A DNA stretch of 64,000 bases, taken from the NCBI GenBank assembly GCA_963771465.1, contig CAVYTU010000017.1, forward strand, positions 384,001 to 448,000. Reading direction: 5' to 3'. A program made the position numbers and the translations under genes. The notes under the pieces were generated by a model, which saw only the letters and a list, made by a program, of their open reading frames with translations, was not told the DNA's origin and did not search any database. Position 1 is the first letter of the stretch. Each line of letters opens with the position of its first letter. Below, one piece after another: positions 55,982-64,000 of this stretch. The stretch is from an uncultured delta proteobacterium. GTDB taxonomy: Bacteria; Desulfobacterota; Binatia; UBA9968.

Positions 55982-57076
55982 TTGGCGGTGAGAATTATCG
56001 ACGCTGACACGCATATCGACGAAACCGACGCGACTTGGGAATATATCAAGGGCAACGATCTACAATACAAACCGTCGACGGCTTTTCCTGCCAATCCCGA
56101 TCCTAAACTGCCACCGGCGCGCTACTGGGTGATCGACGGCAAGCGGCAAATCCGTTTCATTCGCAGCGACAAAGATTCAGGCACGACCGTGGACACGCGG
56201 GAGCTGCTCGATGTCAAAGCCCGGCTCAAGCATATGGACGAGCTCGGCACCGACATACAGGTCATCTACCCCACTTTGTTCTTGATGGAGGCCACCGATA
56301 AGCCGGAGATCAACACGGCGATGCGCCGCAGTTATAACCGTTGGTTGGGTGAGCGCTGTATGGAGTCAGGCGGCAGGCTGCGCTGGGTGTGCATGCCGCC
56401 GCTGCAAAACATGGATGCGACGGTGGAAGAGCTGACATGGTCCAAAGAACATGGCGCCTGCGGCGTGCTTAAAAAAGGCGACCGGGAAGCGGGCAAGTAT
56501 CCAGCCGATCCATACTTCGACCAGCTTTATGCCGAAGCGGAGAAGCTTGATCTGCCAATCTGCTTACACACCGGTTCCGGTATCCCAGATTTTTCACCGG
56601 CGCGGGAATTTTCCCATGGCCAATTCATGCGTACCAAAGCCGCCGCAATCAACGGCGTGCTGGGTCTCATCGTGCACAAGATTCCGGATCGGTTCCCCAA
56701 GCTTCGCATCGGTTGCATCGAAGCCGGGTCCATGTGGACGCCATTCGTCGCCTATGATCTACGCCGGCAGCAACTAAGACAGCAGGGACGCGAGGCGGTT
56801 GGCGTACTCGGAATTCCGGAGCTAAAAATCGCTGGCAACGTGTTTCGGGACAATCGAATCTACGTCACTTGCCAAGTCGACGAGGACTTGCCCTATATTA
56901 TCAAAACCGTCGGCGAAGATAACTTGATGGTCGGTTCCGACTACACGCACCGCGATCCGTCGATGGAACTGGAGTTCCGCAAAGTCCTGCAAGAACGCGC
57001 CGACAAAGGCGAGATTCCGCACGGGGTGATTCAGAAAATTCTCTACGATAATCCGAAAACGTTTTACGCGCTGTGA
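55982..57076 (+). CDS. Amidohydrolase_2 family protein
   Basis: AAGGAG + TTG start; IIDADTH, ICLHTG, IEAG, GSDYTH. Confidence 0.9.
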   Translation: MAVRIIDADTHIDETDATWEYIKGNDLQYKPSTAFPANPDPKLPPARYWVIDGKRQIRFIRSDKDSGTTVDTRELLDVKARLKHMDELGTDIQVIYPTLFLMEATDKPEINTAMRRSYNRWLGERCMESGGRLRWVCMPPLQNMDATVEELTWSKEHGACGVLKKGDREAGKYPADPYFDQLYAEAEKLDLPICLHTGSGIPDFSPAREFSHGQFMRTKAAAINGVLGLIVHKIPDRFPKLRIGCIEAGSMWTPFVAYDLRRQQLRQQGREAVGVLGIPELKIAGNVFRDNRIYVTCQVDEDLPYIIKTVGEDNLMVGSDYTHRDPSMELEFRKVLQERADKGEIPHGVIQKILYDNPKTFYAL

Positions 57077-57151
57077 GAGCGTAGATTGCATTGGCAGGTT
57101 CAGTTGCGGTCGTTTATAGTAACGACAAATTAGCTAGGAAGGGGACATTAG

Positions 57152-57703
57152 ATGATTGTTCTCAGTCCGGAAGGAAAGGCGCAGACTTCGGCGGCGAAAG
57201 TCGCTGGGTTGCCGCAGTTCACCGATCTTCGAGGCAAGGTTCTTGGTCTGCTCGATAACAGCAAGCCCAATGCCGACAAGCTGGCGGAGCGTTTCGCCGA
57301 ATTGCTGAAAGAAAAGTACGGCGTTGCCAGCGTGATCACGCGGCGCAAGCTAACGGCACAGCAGGGCGCGCCCAAACAGTACCTCGATGAGTTGGCGGCT
57401 CAGGCGGATATCGTCTTGAGCGGACTGGGCGATTGAGGATCGTGCACGTCGTGGAGTGTCCACGACTCAATCGAGATTCAAAAGCGCGGCCGCTTCGCGG
57501 TCACGCTCATCACCCACGCCTTCGATGCGCTGGCGAAATCCGAGAAGGAAGCCTTCGGCGCGCCGGATCATCCGGTACTGATCGTGCAGCACCCGATCGG
57601 CACGGTGAAAGTGGAAGAAGTGAAAAAGCGCGCCGATGCGGCGTTCGATAAATTGGTGAACATTCTGCTTGCTCCCAAAGCGGCGCGCGCGAAAGTCGCC
57701 TAG
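57152..57703 (+). CDS. UGSC-family selenoprotein (Sec encoded by TGA 57434-57436), 183 aa
   Basis: The ORF track stops at LSGLGD*, but the frame continues GSCTSWSVHDSIEIQKRG...HPIG...AKVA to TAG 57703; UxxC motif; SECIS-like hairpin downstream. Confidence 0.92.
57448..57466 (+). promoter_or_regulatory. Bacterial SECIS-like hairpin
   Basis: GTCGTGGA-GTG-TCCACGAC: perfect 8-bp stem, G-initiated loop, 11 nt after the TGA. Confidence 0.8.
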
Positions 57704-57787
57704 TAAAATCGGTTTTGAGTTTCGGGTTTCGAGTTAGCTAGGAGATTCGAAGCCTGAGTTTTTTCGTTTAATGCCTCGCCCTGGTTT

Positions 57788-57870
57788 CGTCATGCCGGTG
57801 AAAACCGGCATCCAGATTCGGCTTTGAGGTAAACACGAAATACCTGGATCCCGCGTGTGCGGGAATGACG
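57788..57870. repeat. REP-like doublet (GTCAT...ATCCAG / CTGGAT...ATGAC)
   Basis: cgtcatgccggtgaaaaccggcatccag and inverted ctggatcccgcgtgtgcgggaatgacg; a related half copy at about 27230 (ctagataccggcgtccgccggtatgacg). Confidence 0.75.
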
Positions 57871-57913
57871 GAATGCGACCCGACTCGTCGGTAATTTTTG
57901 AAGGGTAGGAATT

Positions 57914-58966
57914 ATGGCAACGGCAGCATTGCAAGCGGAACGGTTTGAGATCCCAGATGACCTCTGGGAGGCGCAGGCTTTTTTCGAGGAGAAGGGCTGG
58001 TCGGATGGGCTGCCGATCATTCCGCCGACTGAAGATCGAGTCGCCAGGATGCTGGCGGCGACCAAGCGTAAGCCGGAAGAAGCCATCGGCGCCGTCCCGC
58101 CGCGCTGGGCGCAGGCGACCGTGGAAAAAATCGCCATCAACGCGGTGATGGCCGGCTGCAAACCGGAATATATGCCGACGTTGATCGCCTGCGTCGAAGC
58201 GATTACCGATCCGAAACTGAATCTCTACGCTCTGCAGGCGACCACTGGCGGGCCGGCGGTGATGATCATCGTCAACGGCCCGATCCGCAAGCAATTGGAC
58301 GTCAACGGCGGTTCTAACGCATTGGGCGAAGGTTGGCGCGCCAACGCGACCATCGGCCGCTTCGTGCAATTGATTAAGCGCAACATCGGCGGCTCGTATC
58401 CGGGGACTACGTGCAAGGCGACGCTGGGCTGGCCGGGAAAATATTCCATCTGCGTCGGCGAGAACGAAGAGGCGAGCCCATGGGCGCCGCTCCATGTCGA
58501 GCGCGGTTTCAAAGCAGATCAGAGCACGGTGACGGCGATCAGCGCGGATGCCTCCGTGCGCGCGTCCGATTTGGATAGCTCCAAGGCTGAAGGCGTGCTC
58601 ATCAACTTTGCGCAGAAAATGGAAGGACCGTCGGGGCCGGAAGCGATCATGGTGATCTGTCCGGAACATGCGAAGATCATCGCCGGTGATGGCTTCAGCA
58701 AGAAAGACGTGCAGAAATTCATCTGGGAACGCGCTGCTTACCGCATGAAAGACTTGCCCGACGAAACTTTTGCCCAGCGCGTCAAGCGCCGTTCGGATTT
58801 GAATCTTACCCGCGACAGCATCATCCCGGTGACTGACAAGCCGGAAGATATTCTTGTCGTCGTCGCCGGCGGCGATGGCTCGCAGTCGCAATATATTCAC
58901 GTCTGGGGACAGAGCACGCCGGAAGGCGGCTCGACGCGCAGTGTCACGAAAGTCATCCGGGATTGA
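57914..58966 (+). CDS. Conserved uncharacterised UGSC-associated protein
   Basis: GWSDGLPIIPPTEDRV, ATVEKIAINAVMAGCKPEY, RANATIGR; I recall this family beside or fused to UGSC domains. Confidence 0.8.
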   Translation: MATAALQAERFEIPDDLWEAQAFFEEKGWSDGLPIIPPTEDRVARMLAATKRKPEEAIGAVPPRWAQATVEKIAINAVMAGCKPEYMPTLIACVEAITDPKLNLYALQATTGGPAVMIIVNGPIRKQLDVNGGSNALGEGWRANATIGRFVQLIKRNIGGSYPGTTCKATLGWPGKYSICVGENEEASPWAPLHVERGFKADQSTVTAISADASVRASDLDSSKAEGVLINFAQKMEGPSGPEAIMVICPEHAKIIAGDGFSKKDVQKFIWERAAYRMKDLPDETFAQRVKRRSDLNLTRDSIIPVTDKPEDILVVVAGGDGSQSQYIHVWGQSTPEGGSTRSVTKVIRD

Positions 58967-59091
58967 AGTTCCAATCGTTCAGGTAAACAATTCCAGGTCG
59001 CTCAGGAATAAATGGAGTGCGAAATCAAGCTAGTGCCTCATAAGAACTGGACGAGAATTCGGTTTGACACGGTGAGAACAGGAGATAACCA

Positions 59092-60045
59092 ATGAAAAGA
59101 CGTTTTCTTGATTTTGTCGAGCTGGCTCCCAGAAGCCAGAAACCGCGCGCAAAGGGTCTCAGCACATTTGGTGACCGGGGCTATCCCCTCGATTGGATTC
59201 GCGGCATGCTCGATGCCTACGGCGACTACATCGACGTCGTCAAATTCACTCCCACATGCCTTCTCGTTCCGTGGGACGACATCGAGAAAAAGGTTAAACT
59301 CTACCGCTCGCACAACGTCGGCGTTGGCAGTGACGATCCAATATTTGCAATTTCCTATTTGCAGGGTAAGGCTGAGGAACTTCTGCGAACACTGCGCGAA
59401 GTTGGATTTACCCATGTGCAGGTCGATACACGTCACGTGGAGACGCCTAACCCCGATGCGGCAAAGAAGGCCGATGAGGACGAACAACGGTACTATGCGC
59501 TGGCTCGTGAATTGAACCTAAAAATCATGGGTGAAATTGGTAAGAAATGGCCCAAGGGCGACCGGATGCGTGCGGGGAAAGGCTCCGTGGATGTTCAAGC
59601 ATCTGTGTCCGATACCAAGCGATTGTTGGCGTTGGGCTGCGAACATGTCTACCTGGAAAGTCGCGTGATTCGCGATGCCATTGGCGACTACGGCGAACGG
59701 CAGGAAGGAACCCGGCAGATAACTGAAATCGTCGAGGCGGTCGGCAGCGAAAAGCTCTTTATCGAAATTTCCGGTCAAATTCCGTTTGACACGCGCCAAT
59801 GCCATCGTTTTTGGGCGGTCAGGAATTTCGGCCCCGAAGTCAACATGGGCGGTGGCGGATCGATCGAGGAGGCTCGCTACGTCGAGGCGATTCGCCGGGG
59901 CATCACGTTCGTTGGCGGCGTGGGCCGGTCGTCGAGCAAATTGTGGATCAAGTCGCTTGCCAACCACGGCGGGAAAGCCGCCGCCGAATGGTGGAAAGAA
60001 GAGTACGAGCTTGATCCATCTTTGATTTCGGCAAGCAAAATTTGA
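59092..60045 (+). CDS. Phosphosulfolactate synthase (ComA)-like protein, divergent
   Basis: KPRAKGL, YIDVVKF, EIGKK, LESR, FGPEVN, VEAIRRG. Confidence 0.75.
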   Translation: MKRRFLDFVELAPRSQKPRAKGLSTFGDRGYPLDWIRGMLDAYGDYIDVVKFTPTCLLVPWDDIEKKVKLYRSHNVGVGSDDPIFAISYLQGKAEELLRTLREVGFTHVQVDTRHVETPNPDAAKKADEDEQRYYALARELNLKIMGEIGKKWPKGDRMRAGKGSVDVQASVSDTKRLLALGCEHVYLESRVIRDAIGDYGERQEGTRQITEIVEAVGSEKLFIEISGQIPFDTRQCHRFWAVRNFGPEVNMGGGGSIEEARYVEAIRRGITFVGGVGRSSSKLWIKSLANHGGKAAAEWWKEEYELDPSLISASKI

Positions 60046-60111
60046 GTGAATTACAATTTTTCACCGGCAGACTTGCGGGTTGCTAATAAGATAGAAAGCA
60101 GCGTGAGATAT

Positions 60112-61164
60112 ATGAATGCCAATTTCAACCATCGGGCGCTGAGAATCGGTCCTGCCTGTTACCATGCGCTCCACCTGACGGTTCTTACTGCGGCTCATGA
60201 AATGAATTTTCTCTACGACGAGGGGCTACAGGACGAAGCGGGAACACAACACTACGAAATAGTTCCTCATGGGTTGGCGCCGTTTGGCTTCGAAAGGACA
60301 ACTCTGGTTCAGGCGATGAAAGATAAGGCGGTTGATATCGCGACCGACGTGCAGCCGCGAACCGCCCTGTATCTGAGCAGCCAGGGGGAAGATTGCTGCG
60401 TGATCGCGGGCTGGCGCAACAACCGGGGACGGACTTTGGTGGCCAAACGTGAAGTCGAGACGCTCAAAGATCTGCGCGGAAAACGAATCGGCATCAGCGA
60501 TGTCGGTGACAACCATCATCTCTTGCTTACCTATTGGCTAAGGCAAGCAGGGCTTGATCCGGAATCTCAAGTGCAGTGGGTTACCGGAATCGGTCCGGAA
60601 TCCAGACTCACGAGTCTCGTTGAAGGAAGGGTCGATGCTGGACTGGTCACCCATGGCGGCGATCATAGCACCGAACTCCAGAAAGCCGGACTTGCGGTGC
60701 TTCAGGATTTTTCTTTGGCCTACCCGAACGGCCGGCCCGACCGCGTCATCGTCTCGTCGAATCGAGTGATCGAGGAGCGTCGCGATGAAGTTAAAGCCTT
60801 CCTGCGCGCCATTCTTAGAGTTTACTGGTTTGTCCGCGACGTGCGGAACTTTTTCTACTTCCAGAACCTGGAGCGACGACTACGACGGGAGAGCCCAAAC
60901 CATTTCGAACAGGTTCGGCCGGTTCATGCAAAATCACCCGAGTGGATGGAAAAACATCAAGCGTATCCCGTCGACGGGCTAGCAACCGGGCTCGAGGAGT
61001 ACGCCAAAGAAATGGTCGCCCTGGGAGACGTAAAGAAAATAGATCTGGAGAAGGTTATTAGACAAGACTTGATGCGCGAAGCCTTCCAAGAGTTATCGGT
61101 GTGCGACGAGATTAGGCCAGATCTTGAACGAGCCCAGGACGTGGTAAGACGTATCGGCTATTAG
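60112..61164 (+). CDS. NMT1/SsuA-fold protein without signal peptide
   Basis: LKDLRGKRIGI, AGLDPE, EGRVDA, VKAFLRAI; start ATG 60112 or GTG 60046. Confidence 0.8.
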   Translation: MNANFNHRALRIGPACYHALHLTVLTAAHEMNFLYDEGLQDEAGTQHYEIVPHGLAPFGFERTTLVQAMKDKAVDIATDVQPRTALYLSSQGEDCCVIAGWRNNRGRTLVAKREVETLKDLRGKRIGISDVGDNHHLLLTYWLRQAGLDPESQVQWVTGIGPESRLTSLVEGRVDAGLVTHGGDHSTELQKAGLAVLQDFSLAYPNGRPDRVIVSSNRVIEERRDEVKAFLRAILRVYWFVRDVRNFFYFQNLERRLRRESPNHFEQVRPVHAKSPEWMEKHQAYPVDGLATGLEEYAKEMVALGDVKKIDLEKVIRQDLMREAFQELSVCDEIRPDLERAQDVVRRIGY

Positions 61165-61258
61165 AAGAATCCAGGCAAATCTTTTGCGCAAGCAAGACTT
61201 CTCAATCGATTCTCCTCCGGTCAATAGTGATAGGCCCTAACCGCCGACGAGGTGCGAT

Positions 61259-62386
61259 ATGAAGAGTGACTTTATTAAGGTTGCCCTTTTGTGGATTAGC
61301 TTGGGTATATGGCAATCCGTGCCGGCCGCTACTGTGAATTCGCCTCTCGCTAAAGCCAAGAGCGAAGCCGAAGCGAAGGGCTATATTTTCTATACCAGCC
61401 ACGATCAAATAGTTTCTGAGGCAAAAAAAGAGCAGAAGCTCAAGGTCATGACCGGATTGGATCCGGAATCGATCAAAGCGATGGCGAGCGCGTTCAAAAA
61501 AAAATACCCCTTTATCAATTTGAACGCGGAGGAGGCACAGGGAATCGCCGAACATCAAAGGATTATCCTCGAACTCAAAGCCGGCATGAACAAGGAGTGG
61601 GATGTCATCTCGATGGCCAACGATTTGTATAACGAGTATATGCCCTACCAGAAAAAGTTCGATATTCTGGGAATGGCCGAACACGGCGTGCTGCAAATCC
61701 ATCCCAAAATGATCAACCCGCAAAACCGCAACGTCGCGGCGTTGACGGCCAATATACAAGTGGGAGTAGCGTTCAATAAAAATGTAATATCTCCGGAAAA
61801 AGCGCCCAACACCTGGGAGGATTATCTTAAGGCCGAATTCAAAGGAAAGAAATTCGTTGCCGATATCAGACCTACGGAAATAGCGGCCCTCGTGCCTGCA
61901 TGGGGACTGGAAAAGACAGTGGACTATGCCCGTAAACTGGCAGCCCAACAACCGGTATGGGTGCGCGGCGCGAGTCGAGGGCTGGTGAGCGTGGTTGCCG
62001 GTGAGTATCCCATGTTCATCGGCAATAACTATAAAACCATCAGAAGAGCGCAGCAGAAAGATCGCGCCGGGGTTCTGCAATACAAATTCATGGAACCGAT
62101 CCCGGTCCGTCCTAGTGAGTCTGTCGGGGTAATCGTCACAAGTGGCAATCCCCATGCCGCGTTATTATGGATTGAATTCGTAGCTACAGCGGAAGGTCAG
62201 AAAATTCTCGATGACTTTGATCCGTTCGGCGCCTCGATTTACGCCCCGGGCTCGATTCAAGGCCAGGAGATAAAGGGCAAGAAAGTATCCGTGGTGGATT
62301 GGGAGCATTATACGAAACTCGGCGAATATCAGGACAAGATAGTCGCTGCCTACGGCTTTCCCAAAGCCGATCCAAGTACTAAGTAG
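61259..62386 (+). CDS. Extracellular solute-binding protein (AfuA-type fold)
   Basis: Signal peptide, EAKKE, FKKKYP, PNTWED, NPHAALLWIEF. Confidence 0.85.
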   Translation: MKSDFIKVALLWISLGIWQSVPAATVNSPLAKAKSEAEAKGYIFYTSHDQIVSEAKKEQKLKVMTGLDPESIKAMASAFKKKYPFINLNAEEAQGIAEHQRIILELKAGMNKEWDVISMANDLYNEYMPYQKKFDILGMAEHGVLQIHPKMINPQNRNVAALTANIQVGVAFNKNVISPEKAPNTWEDYLKAEFKGKKFVADIRPTEIAALVPAWGLEKTVDYARKLAAQQPVWVRGASRGLVSVVAGEYPMFIGNNYKTIRRAQQKDRAGVLQYKFMEPIPVRPSESVGVIVTSGNPHAALLWIEFVATAEGQKILDDFDPFGASIYAPGSIQGQEIKGKKVSVVDWEHYTKLGEYQDKIVAAYGFPKADPSTK

Positions 62387-62411
62387 AAAGCCGGCAAACA
62401 GCGGAGCGAAA

Positions 62412-63272
62412 ATGATTTTGGTTTTGCGTGCGCCCTCGATGAGCGGTTTGCCGTTTTATGTGGCGGAGGATCTCGGATTTTTTGAAAAAGAAGGCGTCAA
62501 GGTTCACTGTATCCATTCGCACGATCCGAAGCGAAGAATCGTCCAACTCTTGGTAGAGGGTGAAATTGCCTTCTACACTTCGATAAGCGCGGTCGTCGAC
62601 GCCGTGACTCAAGGAGTCAAGGTCAAGGCGTTATGCGCGACGAGCAATTCAAAATATCCCTGCGCCGCTAGAGATGACATCCATACTTTTGCCGATCTAA
62701 AGAACAAAAAAGTCATGGTCGGTGGCGGCAGATCGCGCAACGAAGTTTTGTGGTTGTGCCGACACTACGATTGGCAGCCGGATCGTGACCTTGACGTGAT
62801 TTCCGGCGATCTCGCTTCTCGTGCGAAAGCTTTCACCGATCCGACCTTTTCCGCGGTGTTCGGGCGCCCTCAGTACCTGGCTTGGTTAAAGAAAGGTGGA
62901 TTTCATCTGTTGCCCTATCCGGACAAGGACGATGCGTGGCCTGAAGGGTGCCTAGCAACTAGCCAAGCGCTCATCGATGACAAGCCGGACGTTGTGCAAA
63001 AAGCTGTCAACGCGGTCGTAGCGGCCACCGAGTATGCGAGGACCCACAAGGACGAGGCTATTGCTGTTGCGATGAAGCATGTTGGCTATCTCGGCAAAGA
63101 GGCGGTCGAAGGTAATTACGACGTACTCCGTGAATGGTATTCGAGCGATATCAGCGAAACCGCCATCGCTCACATTGTCGAGGTTCTCGAGCTCAAAACC
63201 GCGGGCCGATCGACAAAGCTGGAGGATTTTGCCGACCTTTCGTTCTTGATGCGAACACGGCGAAGCTCGTAA
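62412..63272 (+). CDS. NMT1/SsuA-fold protein without signal peptide
   Basis: LPFYVAEDLGFFEKEGV, ADLKNKKV, DFADLSFL. Confidence 0.82.
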   Translation: MILVLRAPSMSGLPFYVAEDLGFFEKEGVKVHCIHSHDPKRRIVQLLVEGEIAFYTSISAVVDAVTQGVKVKALCATSNSKYPCAARDDIHTFADLKNKKVMVGGGRSRNEVLWLCRHYDWQPDRDLDVISGDLASRAKAFTDPTFSAVFGRPQYLAWLKKGGFHLLPYPDKDDAWPEGCLATSQALIDDKPDVVQKAVNAVVAATEYARTHKDEAIAVAMKHVGYLGKEAVEGNYDVLREWYSSDISETAIAHIVEVLELKTAGRSTKLEDFADLSFLMRTRRSS

Positions 63273-63437
63273 TGACGAAATATGATCGCTTTGAATAGCC
63301 ACAGGCGATCGTCAGGTTATTAGCAGCATCCCCACCGGCCATTTTTTTCTTTTTACGTTTGACTCGATCACGTTGACGGGTTCTAAAGTTTCTGATTATG
63401 GTGATCTCAGCTAATTCTAACTAAGGAGGACGCGTAC

Positions 63438-63836
63438 ATGGCGCAGATCAAACACATCGCGATCAGTTCGGACGACACCCAAAAGCTGGCTCGTTTCTAT
63501 CAGGAGGTTTTTGGCTTTCGGCCTTCTCGTCCAACGCCGGAGGGACTAAAGACCATTTATCTAACCGACGGCCACGTGGAGTTGACCATTCTAGAGAACA
63601 CGAACCAGCAGAATAGTAACGGCTTGCACCATTTCGGTATCCAGACCGACGATCTGGAAGACACGGTGCGCCGTATCGAAAAGCTCCAACCGGGAAAGTC
63701 GGTTGTCAGGCCGGAATCCAACGCCGCGGAACAAGCCTGGCTCTCGGACGCGGCAGGGAACCATATCTATCTTTCGGTTAATGGTAGGCTCGATTATCAG
63801 CCGATGGAAAAGTATGCCAATCGCAAGAAAAAATGA
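63438..63836 (+). CDS. VOC/glyoxalase family protein
   Basis: IKHIAI, YLTDG, GLHHFGIQTDDL; AAGGAGG RBS. Confidence 0.88.
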   Translation: MAQIKHIAISSDDTQKLARFYQEVFGFRPSRPTPEGLKTIYLTDGHVELTILENTNQQNSNGLHHFGIQTDDLEDTVRRIEKLQPGKSVVRPESNAAEQAWLSDAAGNHIYLSVNGRLDYQPMEKYANRKKK

Positions 63837-63909
63837 TTGATCGCCTAGGTATCAGTGTTGGCACTGCAAATCTAAAGAGGCGCTCATTGAACAACGAAAG
63901 GAACCGCTC

Positions 63910-64000
63910 ATGAACCAGCTCAGACATTTGGCCATACGAACCGAGGAGCCCGAGAAACTCGTCGCTTTTTATAAAGAAGCCTTTGGCTTTCGCGAAGTCA
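63910..64000 (+). CDS. VOC/glyoxalase family protein (partial, runs off the window)
   Basis: MNQLRHLAIRTEEPEKLVAFYKEAFGFREV; paralog of the preceding gene. Confidence 0.8.
   Translation, partial: MNQLRHLAIRTEEPEKLVAFYKEAFGFREV

Noticed and set aside
57433-57651. 72-aa ORF MRIVHVVEC in the ORF track
   Set aside because: Out-of-frame shadow of the selenoprotein's C-terminal half.
57734-58900. 388-aa antisense ORF
   Set aside because: Antisense shadow of the motif-bearing 57914..58966 gene; the same applies to 27994..28881, 53055..53930 and 61202..62155.

Overview
Bacterial, GC-rich window. The gene content (many paralogous amidohydrolases, TPP enzymes, VOC proteins and orphan solute-binding proteins) resembles Binatia/Deltaproteobacteria-type genomes; this taxonomic call is inference only. 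Most of the window is catabolic and housekeeping genes (rlmD, xth, ftsE-ftsX-envC-ctpA, DTW protein, RRM protein). Three things stand out. (1) A selenoprotein missed by the ORF track at 57152-57703: an in-frame TGA gives U-G-S-C and a perfect 8-bp SECIS-like hairpin follows 11 nt downstream. It lies next to a conserved partner gene, inside a co-oriented TPP/SBP/amidohydrolase/ComA-like/SBP/VOC run. (2) An accessory conflict-type island at about 29.1-36.4 kb: a stand-alone metacaspase, an alpha/beta-hydrolase-metacaspase fusion with an Arg-rich linker, a LysR regulator, a helical lipoprotein, a signal-less lysozyme-family protein and a broken TPR (TRAF-binding/TPR-S-like) gene, bounded by an IS3 right end. 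(3) Several families of short periodic (7, 8 and 9 bp) intergenic repeats and REP-like hairpins. Also noted: a nonsense codon at codon 2 of an amidohydrolase paralog, an 84-aa tandem duplication in a radical SAM C-terminus, and several pseudogene remnants. No rRNA, tRNA or CRISPR array was seen. All family calls come from motif recognition, without database searches.
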